Positions 26,685 to 37,595 of a stretch of 64,000 nucleotides of DNA are shown here, piece after piece; the first letter of the stretch is position 1; each line of letters starts with the position of its first letter. Location of the stretch: IMG/VR virus record IMGVR_UViG_3300020577_006271, positions 64,001-128,000 of that record; one strand, 5' to 3'. Under the pieces are notes generated by a model, which made no database searches, was not told the DNA's origin, and saw only the letters and a program-made list of their open reading frames with translations. A program made the position numbers and the translations under genes. This DNA is from a virus (taxonomy: Duplodnaviria > Caudoviricetes).

Positions 26685-28444
26685 TATTGGCTAATTTTAA
26701 TATTAACGATTGCTTCTTCAGAAAAAGTCTTTAACATTGGTGCAGGAAATTTCCCAATAGCTAATAATTCCTTCTTAGAATTATATAATCCAATTGCAGT
26801 TGGATAAACTTTTGGGTTGTGTTTCATAAATGTCAATATCGATCCATCTAAATCAGTAATAAATGTCGGATTGTTTGAAAAATTAAATGAATAATTACTT
26901 ATGCGTGCAAACGAGTTGATAATATATTTATATTCACGACGTCTTGCTAAAAATCCGTAATTTTCATATAAATCATCCGTGATTATCATTCTAAACAATT
27001 TATACGCATTAAATCCATATGCATCATTGATTGACAAAAATGGATCTAATATATCTTCGGCATTAAGAATTAGCGTACCATGCTGTGGATATAAAATTCC
27101 AACCGGTGATGTGCCAGATAACAATACATATGATGGTAATATTTCACTTTGTTGTACTTGACCAAAATTAGTGTCCACAATTGCATTCGAAACAGTTGTT
27201 GGTAAAATTCCCAAATCAGCTGGTTGGAAATCATTAGGATCTAGAGCGTCACTGTCAATTGTGCTTAAATTTAATTTAATATTTCCCGGATCTAGTTGCG
27301 TCTTGTATAAATCTAAATTAAAATTAATAACCAATATATTATCTACTTCAACGCCATTAATAACAAATTTAGATTTTGGATTTCCTAATAATTTCGATGC
27401 ATATTGTGAATATATTGCTTTGGTCATTGACCTTCCAGGAGAATCTGATACTGTTCCAAGTCCATTCCATTGACCAAAGCAGATTCTAAATAATTTCGGA
27501 TTACACTTAACCGTTGTATTTTTCGCAAATTGATATACATCGAATGAAGTAGATAATTGTGTTAAATCAACGGTGCTACCTCCAGTACCGTCACAGTGAC
27601 TCCATAAATTTGATATTTTAGCTGTACCATCTGGCCATACAGTAGATGTTATATATTCAAGGTCCTTAAATGTCTCAATATTAGATGAATAAACACTGCC
27701 AGCCCCAACTAATGGAGTTTCTGGAGTGATAATATCAGGCTGTGGTGGAAATATTATCGGTGGAATTGTCGGAACGGTCTCCACCAAATAACATATCTGA
27801 CCATTTTTAGTAACATAGTAGTATCCATCGGGAGATTTTACTGAACTGTCGATTATTATCTTACCATTTACAGAATTTGGTATTCCATTTGGAAAATAAT
27901 ACTTAGCAATGTAAACATCAAACCCATCTAATTTATCATACGAAACATGTTGTACGAAACAAGTTAAATTATCAATATAATAGTTAGTACAGACTTGCTT
28001 GTATTTTCTACCAGTTGAAAAATTCTTAGATTCTACCATAATGGCACTGGTATAAGGATCTAACGACGATACTCTATCGGTTTCTGGCTTGGCAAGAAAA
28101 TTTTCCGCTTCAGCTTTAAACGTAAACGTGGTATCTCTAAGCTCTATACCATAATCAGATATATTAAGACATGGATTAACCGGTGGAGTTGGTGGTGGTG
28201 GAGTTGGTGTTGGATATTCTGGACCTTCCACTGGTATATACCATGGCGTCCACCAAGTATGACCCGACGAAAATGAAGTGGTTAACCAAGGAGTAGTTCC
28301 ACCATATTGCTGTTTTACTACATCTTCACCAAAATAATATATAGGAGATGCTCCAGTGTATGGTTCTACCTCTGTAAATTGACCTATTACCGAATCATAA
28401 TAATAAGGATAAAGGTTTGTATTTGTTGATACAATAAAACTCAT
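26684..28444 (-). CDS. Baseplate/tail structural protein (paralog 2)
   Basis: C-terminal FNFSNNPTF...YPTAIGLYNSKKELLAIGK; Pro-rich linker. Confidence 0.7.
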   Translation of the reverse strand: MSFIVSTNTNLYPYYYDSVIGQFTEVEPYTGASPIYYFGEDVVKQQYGGTTPWLTTSFSSGHTWWTPWYIPVEGPEYPTPTPPPPTPPVNPCLNISDYGIELRDTTFTFKAEAENFLAKPETDRVSSLDPYTSAIMVESKNFSTGRKYKQVCTNYYIDNLTCFVQHVSYDKLDGFDVYIAKYYFPNGIPNSVNGKIIIDSSVKSPDGYYYVTKNGQICYLVETVPTIPPIIFPPQPDIITPETPLVGAGSVYSSNIETFKDLEYITSTVWPDGTAKISNLWSHCDGTGGSTVDLTQLSTSFDVYQFAKNTTVKCNPKLFRICFGQWNGLGTVSDSPGRSMTKAIYSQYASKLLGNPKSKFVINGVEVDNILVINFNLDLYKTQLDPGNIKLNLSTIDSDALDPNDFQPADLGILPTTVSNAIVDTNFGQVQQSEILPSYVLLSGTSPVGILYPQHGTLILNAEDILDPFLSINDAYGFNAYKLFRMIITDDLYENYGFLARRREYKYIINSFARISNYSFNFSNNPTFITDLDGSILTFMKHNPKVYPTAIGLYNSKKELLAIGKFPAPMLKTFSEEAIVNIKISQ

Positions 28445-30090
28445 TAATATTCCAATTTAACTCGAACAACGGTTTCTTTTCCAAATGTTTTTTTGAATGG
28501 TTTACTTAGTTTTGCAACAGCAACCAGATCCTTCTTCTCATTATACAATCCAACAGTCGTAATCCATACATTTGGATTATTTATCATGATTGGATGCAAT
28601 AAATCACCCTGTGACCCTGTAACAAACGATGGATTATTTGAAAAATTGTATTCTGCATTTTTAACTCTACAAAAATATTGTGTAGATTTTACCCTTTCGG
28701 CTGACCTTGCTTGAAATCCAAGTGGATCTCCAGATAAATCAGTATATATTGCTGATCCAGACATTGATTTAAACAATTTCGCTGGATTGTCTCCGGCTAT
28801 TTCTCCGCCACCAGTTGAATTTGCTATGACTGTACCTAGAAATAAATTATTATCTAATTTTTTTGCATCTAATATGTAAACCCCAAGACGTTTATAGAAC
28901 AATCCATAAACTACGGGTGCTGCTGGAGATCCTGTAACATATACCCCACCGTTTATATTATAATTTTCTAATGATCCTGAAACAATATTATACACTTCAC
29001 CAGCTTGAGTTATTGTTGGGTCATTTAACCGGCTATCATCTATTAATGAAACCACTTGTTTAGTTCCTTTAACTACGACATTTGATCCAGTATATAGCCA
29101 AGCATCTCCAGTGTATCCATTGTTTGCGGTTTTATCAAAATTATAACCGGTTAATGTTTGTAGATTTAACTGCCAATTACCTTCATCAACAAAATCTTTA
29201 AATCTAGCACGGTTTACATTTATGACATAAATATTATCGGCAACTTCTCCACCAATAGTAAATGACTGGGATTGTCCGTGTAAACATAACATTCTGTATT
29301 GTCCATATATAGCTCTTGTTGGAGTGTCATCAGTTTGTACACCTTGGTCTTCCGATCCCGATCCATATTTTTGACCAAATGCTACAGAAAATTGTGGTTC
29401 TGCTAAGCAATCCGTTAGTGATCCAGTATTATAAACTTCTATATAATATTTTAGCTGACTAACTGTCTGGTTTGGATTTATATGCATCTCTAAGAGATTA
29501 CTCAACCCACCTGACCACATTGCACGAGTGACAATATCTTCTTGATTAGGTACAATGTCTCCGACTGTTAATTGTGTATATAACTGTCCAGACCCAAGTA
29601 TTCCACCAGGTGGTATGACCGGTGGAGTTGAAGGTAATGGAGTTTGATTATTTGGCGATATTGGAGTAAACGTTAATGGCGGATCTACAACTGGTCTTGG
29701 TGGAACTGCTGGATTAACGGTTGAAGGTACGTCGGTACGGGTTGGCTGTGACACGGTTGGACCTGTTCCAGAAGTGGTCACAGTACCAATTCTAAATAAT
29801 TGTCCACGATCCGATGCGACATAAATTGTTCCATTGGAGTCTCTGAAGGATGGAATGTTACCAATTACCGATGGCCATATATATTGGCTCATTGAAGCTA
29901 TCATCCCAGATGTAGTTGTACTATCCGTAGAAACTGCTGTTAGAATATATGCAGATTCTTCTAGTTTAGATATAATCGAAGCATCAATAACTGACTTCGC
30001 ATCAATACTAAAATTCTGACTACTCGTTCTTGAAGCTACAGATGCGATAGACTCGGTGGTTTTACCAAATGTATTATTTAAATTTATCAT
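28444..30090 (-). CDS. Baseplate/tail structural protein (paralog 1)
   Basis: C-terminal YNFSNNPSF...WITTVGLYNEKKDLVAVAKLSKP; Pro-rich linker. Confidence 0.7.
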   Translation of the reverse strand: MINLNNTFGKTTESIASVASRTSSQNFSIDAKSVIDASIISKLEESAYILTAVSTDSTTTSGMIASMSQYIWPSVIGNIPSFRDSNGTIYVASDRGQLFRIGTVTTSGTGPTVSQPTRTDVPSTVNPAVPPRPVVDPPLTFTPISPNNQTPLPSTPPVIPPGGILGSGQLYTQLTVGDIVPNQEDIVTRAMWSGGLSNLLEMHINPNQTVSQLKYYIEVYNTGSLTDCLAEPQFSVAFGQKYGSGSEDQGVQTDDTPTRAIYGQYRMLCLHGQSQSFTIGGEVADNIYVINVNRARFKDFVDEGNWQLNLQTLTGYNFDKTANNGYTGDAWLYTGSNVVVKGTKQVVSLIDDSRLNDPTITQAGEVYNIVSGSLENYNINGGVYVTGSPAAPVVYGLFYKRLGVYILDAKKLDNNLFLGTVIANSTGGGEIAGDNPAKLFKSMSGSAIYTDLSGDPLGFQARSAERVKSTQYFCRVKNAEYNFSNNPSFVTGSQGDLLHPIMINNPNVWITTVGLYNEKKDLVAVAKLSKPFKKTFGKETVVRVKLEY

Positions 30091-30101
30091 TTATCCTCTA
30101 A

Positions 30102-30761
30102 TTATTGAGTTAATCCAGCATTGAAATTAGCCGGTTGTTGTCTAACTGTAACATTAACAATCGTCTGACCACCTGTTTCGTTACCATATATTGTGATAGT
30201 GGCCGTTTTAGATGTTGTCAATTGCGGTTTTGCTGTTATTTTAAATGATTTGCCAATCAATCTAACTGATGTATCAGTATCGAATATTCCTGTTGCTGGT
30301 GGTACTATCATATCAGTTCCAATGGTAACTTCTTCTACTGTCATTAATACGGCATCAGAATCCGATAATACTGCTGTGTATCCATATGACTTATTTCCAT
30401 CTTGATAGTTCGGCGTATCTGGAATAATCATTGCGGATTGACCACTATCTAAAGTAATCGAATTATTTTGAACCACAACTTGTGGAATCCTGACGGATTT
30501 CTTAGGCAATGTAACCAGTTTAAACTTCATATTTTGCGTCTCGTCTGGAACTGCTTCCGTTATGGGCATGTTTTCAATGATAGCTCCGTAATATTCGGTA
30601 CCAAGTGGGTGGTCGGGATTAAAAAGACTATAATCTATTTCATCATCTGCCAAGGCGAAGAATGCAATATTAAAATTATCTTGCCCTTTAGCTAATAATT
30701 CACGACCTTTTTTGGTAAGTATGGCGTCGACGGTAATTTCGTCATTCTTAAGATATCCCAT
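30102..30761 (-). CDS. Tail/baseplate virion protein
   Basis: VDAILTKKGRELLA...FALADDEIDY motif. Confidence 0.7.
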   Translation of the reverse strand: MGYLKNDEITVDAILTKKGRELLAKGQDNFNIAFFALADDEIDYSLFNPDHPLGTEYYGAIIENMPITEAVPDETQNMKFKLVTLPKKSVRIPQVVVQNNSITLDSGQSAMIIPDTPNYQDGNKSYGYTAVLSDSDAVLMTVEEVTIGTDMIVPPATGIFDTDTSVRLIGKSFKITAKPQLTTSKTATITIYGNETGGQTIVNVTVRQQPANFNAGLTQ

Positions 30762-30791
30762 GTATTTTTCCTGTTAATTTAATATAATTAG

Positions 30792-33700
30792 TTAATTAAT
30801 TTTAATATTTGATTGGTTTTCTTGTGATACAGTTAAATAGGTTGGGTCAACGTCGAAATATTCTACAACGGGTCCTTTATCCAATGTATCATCCGATGGT
30901 ATATTCCATCCCGGGGATGATATTTTAGTACCAATAAATCGAATGTTATTTGTGACAGCGTATTCGTCATGTTGATAAGAAGTTTGTTCCAATGTATCAA
31001 ACTGTTTTTTATAATTAAGCATGTTATTTAATATTAGCATTTCTCGTTGGTACAATGTCTTATAATCGAATATATCAAATCCATATATTCTAAATACAGA
31101 GTCGGTTGTAATTCCATCGTTGATACGCAGTATTAAACTGATATCCAAAATATCATCAGATAAAGTAGTTAACTCTAGATAATAAGGAGCAACTATACGA
31201 TTTGGTCCCGGATTATTTAGCCTTAGACCAAAACCACCACTTCCTGATACTTCATTACCATTAAATTCAACTAAAGCTACGGCATTTCCTGGGATAGTGT
31301 TGGTTCCGTTCAGCCACTCAATATAAAATCTGCATATATATCTACCTGTAGGTAATGCAATACCATAAAATTTAACATCAGTTTCGATGTAAGTGAAAGC
31401 CGTTGGGTTCAATATTGAATCCACGACATTAATATATGTTTTAAATGGACGTTTATCCACATTGTTAATTTCCATTAAAGATGTTTCTGAATTTGTGATC
31501 ACATACTCCGCGCCAGAACCAACTTCAATTTCGTTTATATCATCAAAATATCGATATACAGAATATTCGACACGATTTTCATCCGTGTAATGTTTTATTT
31601 TTTTCTTATATCTGCAATCAATTCTAGGTTTATCAATCATTGTTTCCAGACCACCTATACCACCTATATTTATTTTTATTGGAGCCGGCTTTAACGATTC
31701 ATATAAAGTTGATAAAATTTCATAATTTAATTTCAGTAAAGTTTGCAATTCAGATGCAGTTATATTAATTTCAGTTGCATGCGTTATAGTGGTATATAAT
31801 GCAGATGCAGCTATTTCTAAGTCTGTGATATTAATAATATCAGCATCCAAATGTGATTCATCAGATTCTGGATTCTTTGATCTTAAATTATAATCTAAAT
31901 CAATATTATTAACTGTTATTTCTAAACGATTTAAAATCTTAGATTTATTTTTCTCAAGAACATGTGGCTCTATTAAGATACCAGCGATTAAATTTGCTGA
32001 ACCAGGAACTAATTGTTTGATCTGATCAAAGAATGTATAATCATATGCTGAAAGTAACCGTATAAACGCATTAATATCATTGCGTGTTTGATATTTTTTG
32101 AAATATAAATGGCGTAATCTATCTAAATCACTATATGAATCGTTAAATTCGTCCATTGGATTCCCAATTGAATTATTTAAATCTTGTCCATTGATATGAT
32201 TGAATACATCTCTATTTATCTGATCAGCTAATGAAAATACAATGGCCAAACGGTTCGTATCGGAGTTTGTAAAGGTATTTGTCAATGGCAAATGTTGATC
32301 AGATAAAACCGCCCCGTCAACTAAATTATCAGATATTCTAATTTTTTTAGAATATATGTTGTATCCTCCAATCATTGGAGAATCTATATAATAAGTTTCA
32401 ACATCATTGTCATAATTTAAATTTTGATCTACTGAACTAAATCCTGATAATGTTAATCCAGTTGTTTCAAAATAATTTCGATTTGGCTGCGATGATGTAT
32501 GTGTATCAACATGTGTAAATTTTTGTAAATCTAATCCAAATGGATAATATGAATTTAATGTGTTATATGGTCCATTAAAATCGTCTGTTGAATACGATCC
32601 GGGATTTAATACATGTTCACAAAATGTCTTATAAGAATAGGTGTCAAAATAATCCTTATAACCTTGAAACCATCCATTAAATTTAACCATTAATACATGT
32701 TCATAAGCATTATTTAACAACTCATTATTTCTAAATTCACCTTGAACTTCATGTTTAATATCACCAAATAGTGAATCACCTGCCATAGCAAGGTTATATC
32801 TAAATAATTGTTGATCGCTTAAATCTTTATAAATTCTAAAGGTATAAAATTCGTCAGTTGAGTATGGAATTAAATCAGATTCGTGAATCGTTTCTCCGGT
32901 AACCCAATTATTTATAGTAAATCGAAGCAATCTATGTTTATCATCAACATACGCAAAATTAATATTAATTTCATTAAAGAAATCGATGTTGCCTGGATCT
33001 GTGGATGTAAAGACACACAAATCACCTTCTTCGGGCATATTATGTTGAAATCTAAATTCGATAGTGTCGACAAATCTGTGTGGATAGGATATTTGGGATG
33101 TTGAAATTCCCCATATCCATATATTAGGGTCCACAGAAATGAATTCTAAAATTCCTGTCTCGGTTGTTGCAATGAAACTAATATTATAAACATTAGGCGT
33201 TGAACTAACATCGACGACTGTATTTTCCTGGTTAATTTCAACATTTAAAATTGCGTTGGATGGAGAATATGAATTGAATGTTACTTCATATCGTTTTCCA
33301 ATTTGTAATCCTGTTAATTTAGTCGATACATTTGTTTCAGATGAATTTAATATCAAGATTTTAGTGCCAACAAGAATGTTTTGCGCGTTACCACTTTCTG
33401 CATCTACTAATTCTGGAAATTCCCAACCTATTAATGAAATATCCCAACCCAACAATCCATTTCTAAAATCGCTGTTTGTAATTATTGTTTTGCAAGATGG
33501 TTCAATTAATTCTTGCCCACGTGAATATACAAAATCTAATTTTCGATCCATGTCCATACCCATATACAACTTATAATGGTATCTATCCTCAATGTGTATA
33601 GGAGTATCATTGAATTCTGTTCCACCATATTCTTTGGTAGATATTAAGGTAGACGGTATGCCATATATTGACATCAGTGCAGAAATTGAACGATATGTAC

Positions 33701-35189
33701 CCTTTGTCTTCAACAAATATGGCAAATTATTAATTATCCGCCTCCAAACTTGTTGACTCTGTGATTCGTGTGTTAGCATATTATCTACGCCCAATTCGTT
33801 GCCATTACTGTCAACTCCAAGCTTATAGAGCCAAAGATCAGTTAGGTTTCGATTATTGGCCAATTTCCATCCAAATGATTCTGCAATTGATGTCAATAAT
33901 TCTTTAGCAGGTCCACGATCTGGATGTTCATCCTTGTTATGGATTTCAGTTAACGCATTGGTATATAACCAAATATTATCAAAATGTTGACCAATCATTT
34001 CAATGAATAAAATATATTGTGAATTCCCATCGTCCATCAATACATGTTCGGGAATACTATACCATAGAGACCTGGTATTTTGTCGGTCGTATTCGTGTGC
34101 AAGTGTAATTAAATTGTTAAACCATGATATCGTAGTAGCATGAGTACTCGACAATAATGTAGTAGCATTGCCAATTAACTGTTTAGGCCATGGTTTAACT
34201 GGTCCTATAATATCATGAGTAAATATCTTCTCGTCAGTTTGGAAGTATAAATACCGTTCAAAAGCATCAAAATTTATGATAATCTTTTTTATTGAATCTT
34301 TATATTGTGTAACTGTATCTACTGATCCTGCTATAGAATTGATTTCATCTATTTTTGCATTAAATGTTTCAATTAATTTAATTTTTTCATAAAAAATATT
34401 TAATCTGCTTTCTGCCTTAGAATAAAATATATAATTTTGAAAATTAGTCCAATCAATATTTAATGTAACGGAATTATCTGAGTTAAACATCAAATCTATT
34501 ATATTTTGTGACGTCGTTTGGTCAGTTGCTAACAAATCTGTCCAACATTTAAATACAGACATTTCAGTGTCAGTTGAATCTGCATCAATATCAAATTTAG
34601 GACCTTTAATCTTTCGGCTTGGAGATATTGCCATTGGATTAAATATATTAACGGTCTCAAATATTTCAGAAGTATAATCTTGAACAATGTAAGCTGGCTC
34701 GCCATTATAAATTACATTTGTCTCAGTTTTAATGTAAGTATATAAATCATCGGATTTAATATTATTAATTCTATATATATAACCTGCAAATCTAAGACTA
34801 TAATTTGCATTAGGTAGTATGAGTTTTGCCGATAATTTATTTAACTTAAATTCAGTTTGATCCGGCGAAGTTTCTAATATGGTACAAGCTGCAATGAAAT
34901 TAAAAGTAGAAAATCCAAGCTTATAAGATCCATTGCTTATTGAGAATTTTTCAAATGTTGGTTTCAAATCGTATAAGATTTCACCAGATGATACATCCAA
35001 TTTATATGCAGGTGAATCATCCGAACCTATATAATCTCCACGGTTTGTAAATATATTAATATTTGTAAAAACCGAATCATCGGGGCTGAATTTAACATTA
35101 ACCCAATTACTATTTTTATAGTCAGTTGTTACTCCAGCTATTGATTCATTAAATCCTAGTATCGATTCATAATTTATGTATTGTTTCAT
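30792..35189 (-). CDS. Large baseplate wedge protein (gp7-like), 1465 aa
   Basis: MIGQHFDNIW, YLLKTKGTYRSISALMSIYG and IKQLVP motifs; downstream of the gp6/gp25 genes. Confidence 0.65.
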   Translation of the reverse strand: MKQYINYESILGFNESIAGVTTDYKNSNWVNVKFSPDDSVFTNINIFTNRGDYIGSDDSPAYKLDVSSGEILYDLKPTFEKFSISNGSYKLGFSTFNFIAACTILETSPDQTEFKLNKLSAKLILPNANYSLRFAGYIYRINNIKSDDLYTYIKTETNVIYNGEPAYIVQDYTSEIFETVNIFNPMAISPSRKIKGPKFDIDADSTDTEMSVFKCWTDLLATDQTTSQNIIDLMFNSDNSVTLNIDWTNFQNYIFYSKAESRLNIFYEKIKLIETFNAKIDEINSIAGSVDTVTQYKDSIKKIIINFDAFERYLYFQTDEKIFTHDIIGPVKPWPKQLIGNATTLLSSTHATTISWFNNLITLAHEYDRQNTRSLWYSIPEHVLMDDGNSQYILFIEMIGQHFDNIWLYTNALTEIHNKDEHPDRGPAKELLTSIAESFGWKLANNRNLTDLWLYKLGVDSNGNELGVDNMLTHESQSQQVWRRIINNLPYLLKTKGTYRSISALMSIYGIPSTLISTKEYGGTEFNDTPIHIEDRYHYKLYMGMDMDRKLDFVYSRGQELIEPSCKTIITNSDFRNGLLGWDISLIGWEFPELVDAESGNAQNILVGTKILILNSSETNVSTKLTGLQIGKRYEVTFNSYSPSNAILNVEINQENTVVDVSSTPNVYNISFIATTETGILEFISVDPNIWIWGISTSQISYPHRFVDTIEFRFQHNMPEEGDLCVFTSTDPGNIDFFNEININFAYVDDKHRLLRFTINNWVTGETIHESDLIPYSTDEFYTFRIYKDLSDQQLFRYNLAMAGDSLFGDIKHEVQGEFRNNELLNNAYEHVLMVKFNGWFQGYKDYFDTYSYKTFCEHVLNPGSYSTDDFNGPYNTLNSYYPFGLDLQKFTHVDTHTSSQPNRNYFETTGLTLSGFSSVDQNLNYDNDVETYYIDSPMIGGYNIYSKKIRISDNLVDGAVLSDQHLPLTNTFTNSDTNRLAIVFSLADQINRDVFNHINGQDLNNSIGNPMDEFNDSYSDLDRLRHLYFKKYQTRNDINAFIRLLSAYDYTFFDQIKQLVPGSANLIAGILIEPHVLEKNKSKILNRLEITVNNIDLDYNLRSKNPESDESHLDADIINITDLEIAASALYTTITHATEINITASELQTLLKLNYEILSTLYESLKPAPIKINIGGIGGLETMIDKPRIDCRYKKKIKHYTDENRVEYSVYRYFDDINEIEVGSGAEYVITNSETSLMEINNVDKRPFKTYINVVDSILNPTAFTYIETDVKFYGIALPTGRYICRFYIEWLNGTNTIPGNAVALVEFNGNEVSGSGGFGLRLNNPGPNRIVAPYYLELTTLSDDILDISLILRINDGITTDSVFRIYGFDIFDYKTLYQREMLILNNMLNYKKQFDTLEQTSYQHDEYAVTNNIRFIGTKISSPGWNIPSDDTLDKGPVVEYFDVDPTYLTVSQENQSNIKIN

Positions 35190-35989
35190 GTAGTTGTCAT
35201 TTTATATTCATATTCTGCTTGAGTTGCTTCAGCTTCTGCCTTTGAAGCTTCGGCTTCGGCAATTGCTGCTTCCGATGCGGCTTTGGATGCTTCCGCGGTT
35301 GCCTTTGCAGCTTCAGCTTCTGCCTTTGAAGATTGAGCATCAGCTATAGCAACGTCCATAACACTATTTATTTGTTCTAATGAATCATTTAATAATGAAT
35401 CAGCTGATGCTGCTGTACTGGACAACTCAGCATACTGTTCAGATATTGTCGTTAATTCCATATCTGGTGTCCATTCATTCTCCTTAGATTCAAGTTTCGG
35501 CGGTGTTGATCCACCTCCACCTCCACCACTTGAAGCTTTTTTTACATCATCCTTAATCTTTATTTTCGATGACAGTGTGACAGCAATAGGATTCTCAAGT
35601 GTTCCGTTTTTAAACGCAATAATATCAACTATTTCAGAATCTTCTAATCTTTTAATATTATCACGTGTCAATCCACGTTTAAATAACAGTACATCTAATG
35701 TCTTAGCATTTGGAATTTCAACCGGTATTGAATTTTCTATAATATATGTTACATTATTATCATTAATGGCTGTAAATATATCTCCTTCGGATAATATATA
35801 AGGTTCATATATAGAAACAGTTGCGTCTGTAAAGAATATGAAAGCTTTAGGTTGATTAGGTTCAAAGGTCATTTCATAGTTTATCTGACATTTGGTTTTT
35901 CCATTTTCATAAGACAAAAAATTACTATAATTCCGTTGCATAATATCATCGGAAATAATTAGTTGGTGTGTATCTGTTGTATATTTCAC
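35186..35989 (-). CDS. Hypothetical virion protein with Ala/Glu-rich coiled coil
   Basis: Poly-Gly linker and SKAEAEA repeats. Confidence 0.55.
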   Translation of the reverse strand: MKYTTDTHQLIISDDIMQRNYSNFLSYENGKTKCQINYEMTFEPNQPKAFIFFTDATVSIYEPYILSEGDIFTAINDNNVTYIIENSIPVEIPNAKTLDVLLFKRGLTRDNIKRLEDSEIVDIIAFKNGTLENPIAVTLSSKIKIKDDVKKASSGGGGGGSTPPKLESKENEWTPDMELTTISEQYAELSSTAASADSLLNDSLEQINSVMDVAIADAQSSKAEAEAAKATAEASKAASEAAIAEAEASKAEAEATQAEYEYKMTTT

Positions 35990-37008
35990 TGAATTAAGAA
36001 ATTTAAATTATTATCGTAAATAAAATTGTCTTCATTGTATGTAATTCGTATTTGAATTGTATAATAGCGGTTAGGTATAATATTAGAAGTATCAAATTTA
36101 ATTACATATCCCATATTAGTTTTTTGAAGCCTCGTACCTATTTCGTTGAATGGCACCACTACCTTGCCTGTGACAGAATCAACAATCTGAAAGAATGCTG
36201 TAATATTATATTCTGCAGGATTAAGTAGTGTCGAATTATAAGTTTTCGTGTCGACTAACTTAGTACATTTGACCTTAAATAAGACAGTATCTAACCCAGA
36301 TTGGTATCGTGGCTTAATATTTTGAACTGTTATATCATAATTCAACGGATCGAATTGCATTGTTGGATTAAATGGTCCTGTATATACTGCATCTGCATAG
36401 TATGATATCAGAGATGGTTCATAAATGCTCTGGGTGTCCGATCCGTAAAAGCGTATTTCATACTTAGTTGAATCGTTGTCTTCATCGGCAAACGAAATCG
36501 CCAATCCTTTCCATTCTTCTGGATGTTCTATACCATAATTAATTAAATTTGATATATCAACATTAATTATATCGTCCGTTGACTGAATAGTATGCAATAA
36601 TGAATCTGCAGCAGATAAATATGGATTAGACCATATGGTACTACCTGTTGATATCCACGTTGCTCCTGAATTTACATGTGGAAAATCATTACGATTACCA
36701 AATCCTTCTTGCCAAACATCTAAAATTCGAGAAATTTTAATGTCAATTTGCTTTGACGTTAATTCAGTCATATTTGAAACATGCATAATCAATCTATGTT
36801 CACCTACAGATAGATTTGATATGTCAATATCTAATAAAATCCGTGATACCGAAGTAGTAGGCCATTCTTGGAATTCAAAACCTTGAGTAGGTATGATATC
36901 TCCAACCCGGTACTTAATTAATTCTAATTGTGGATCATTCCCCGCATTTAATTCGGGTAAATGTTGATAAATTGTAGTGTCTTTTGAAATTTTGCTAATA
37001 TTAAACAT
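35986..37008 (-). CDS. Virion structural protein (DNRLRE-like beta domain)
   Basis: KDTTIY..N.G.D..LE, SRILL, WQEG.G, GATW, FYGSDT motifs. Confidence 0.55.
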   Translation of the reverse strand: MFNISKISKDTTIYQHLPELNAGNDPQLELIKYRVGDIIPTQGFEFQEWPTTSVSRILLDIDISNLSVGEHRLIMHVSNMTELTSKQIDIKISRILDVWQEGFGNRNDFPHVNSGATWISTGSTIWSNPYLSAADSLLHTIQSTDDIINVDISNLINYGIEHPEEWKGLAISFADEDNDSTKYEIRFYGSDTQSIYEPSLISYYADAVYTGPFNPTMQFDPLNYDITVQNIKPRYQSGLDTVLFKVKCTKLVDTKTYNSTLLNPAEYNITAFFQIVDSVTGKVVVPFNEIGTRLQKTNMGYVIKFDTSNIIPNRYYTIQIRITYNEDNFIYDNNLNFLIQ

Positions 37009-37055
37009 TCAGTCCTTGTTTTGGCACACCTGTCTAATAAATAGTTTTTTGGGAG

Positions 37056-37087
37056 ATAAAAAAAGAGTAACTTTTGGTTACTCTTAT
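37056..37087 (-). terminator. Intrinsic terminator, cassette A
   Basis: AAGAGTAAC/GTTACTCTT stem followed by a T-run on the minus strand. Confidence 0.8.
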
Positions 37088-37142
37088 TTATTGTTTAAAT
37101 GCAACATGGATCAATTAATATGGAGATCCGGTTGTCGGTATA

Positions 37143-37506
37143 TTAGCTGTCTATTTTAAATTGTAATTTATTTCCTGATCTTCTAATATCTATCAACTTA
37201 CTATACGTCCATTGCCATTTATTAATTTTCTTCTTAAATATGTCCATAAATGCAGACATCATATTAGTCTTTGAATCTTCATCATAATCAATCATATTTA
37301 GGTTGTCGATAAGCTTATTAATTTCAACATTCAAAATTCATATCATATTTACTTCCACGCAATTCTTTGTAACGGGAAATTAAATAATTATCATCAGCAT
37401 CACTAAAATCCGGATTTCTCTGAGAGTCCGAATATCCGACTTCGTTGATTTTCTTAATTTTTCGATCAACAATGGTTTCTACGATTTGCCTTAATTTTGT
37501 GCTCAT
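37143..37506 (-). pseudogene. Cassette A gene with MSTKLRQIVETIVDRK leader, apparently split by a 1-nt frameshift
   Basis: ORFs 37324-37506 and 37143-37334 join in frame if one T is removed from ATG AAT TTT GAA (giving MNLNVEINK). Confidence 0.5.
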
Positions 37507-37595
37507 TTTGTTTTTTTTTTGTGACCTAATTTATACCACAAATATAAATGATTTTATTTAATAAATAGTTTAATTTTTGAAAAATTAACTTTTCT

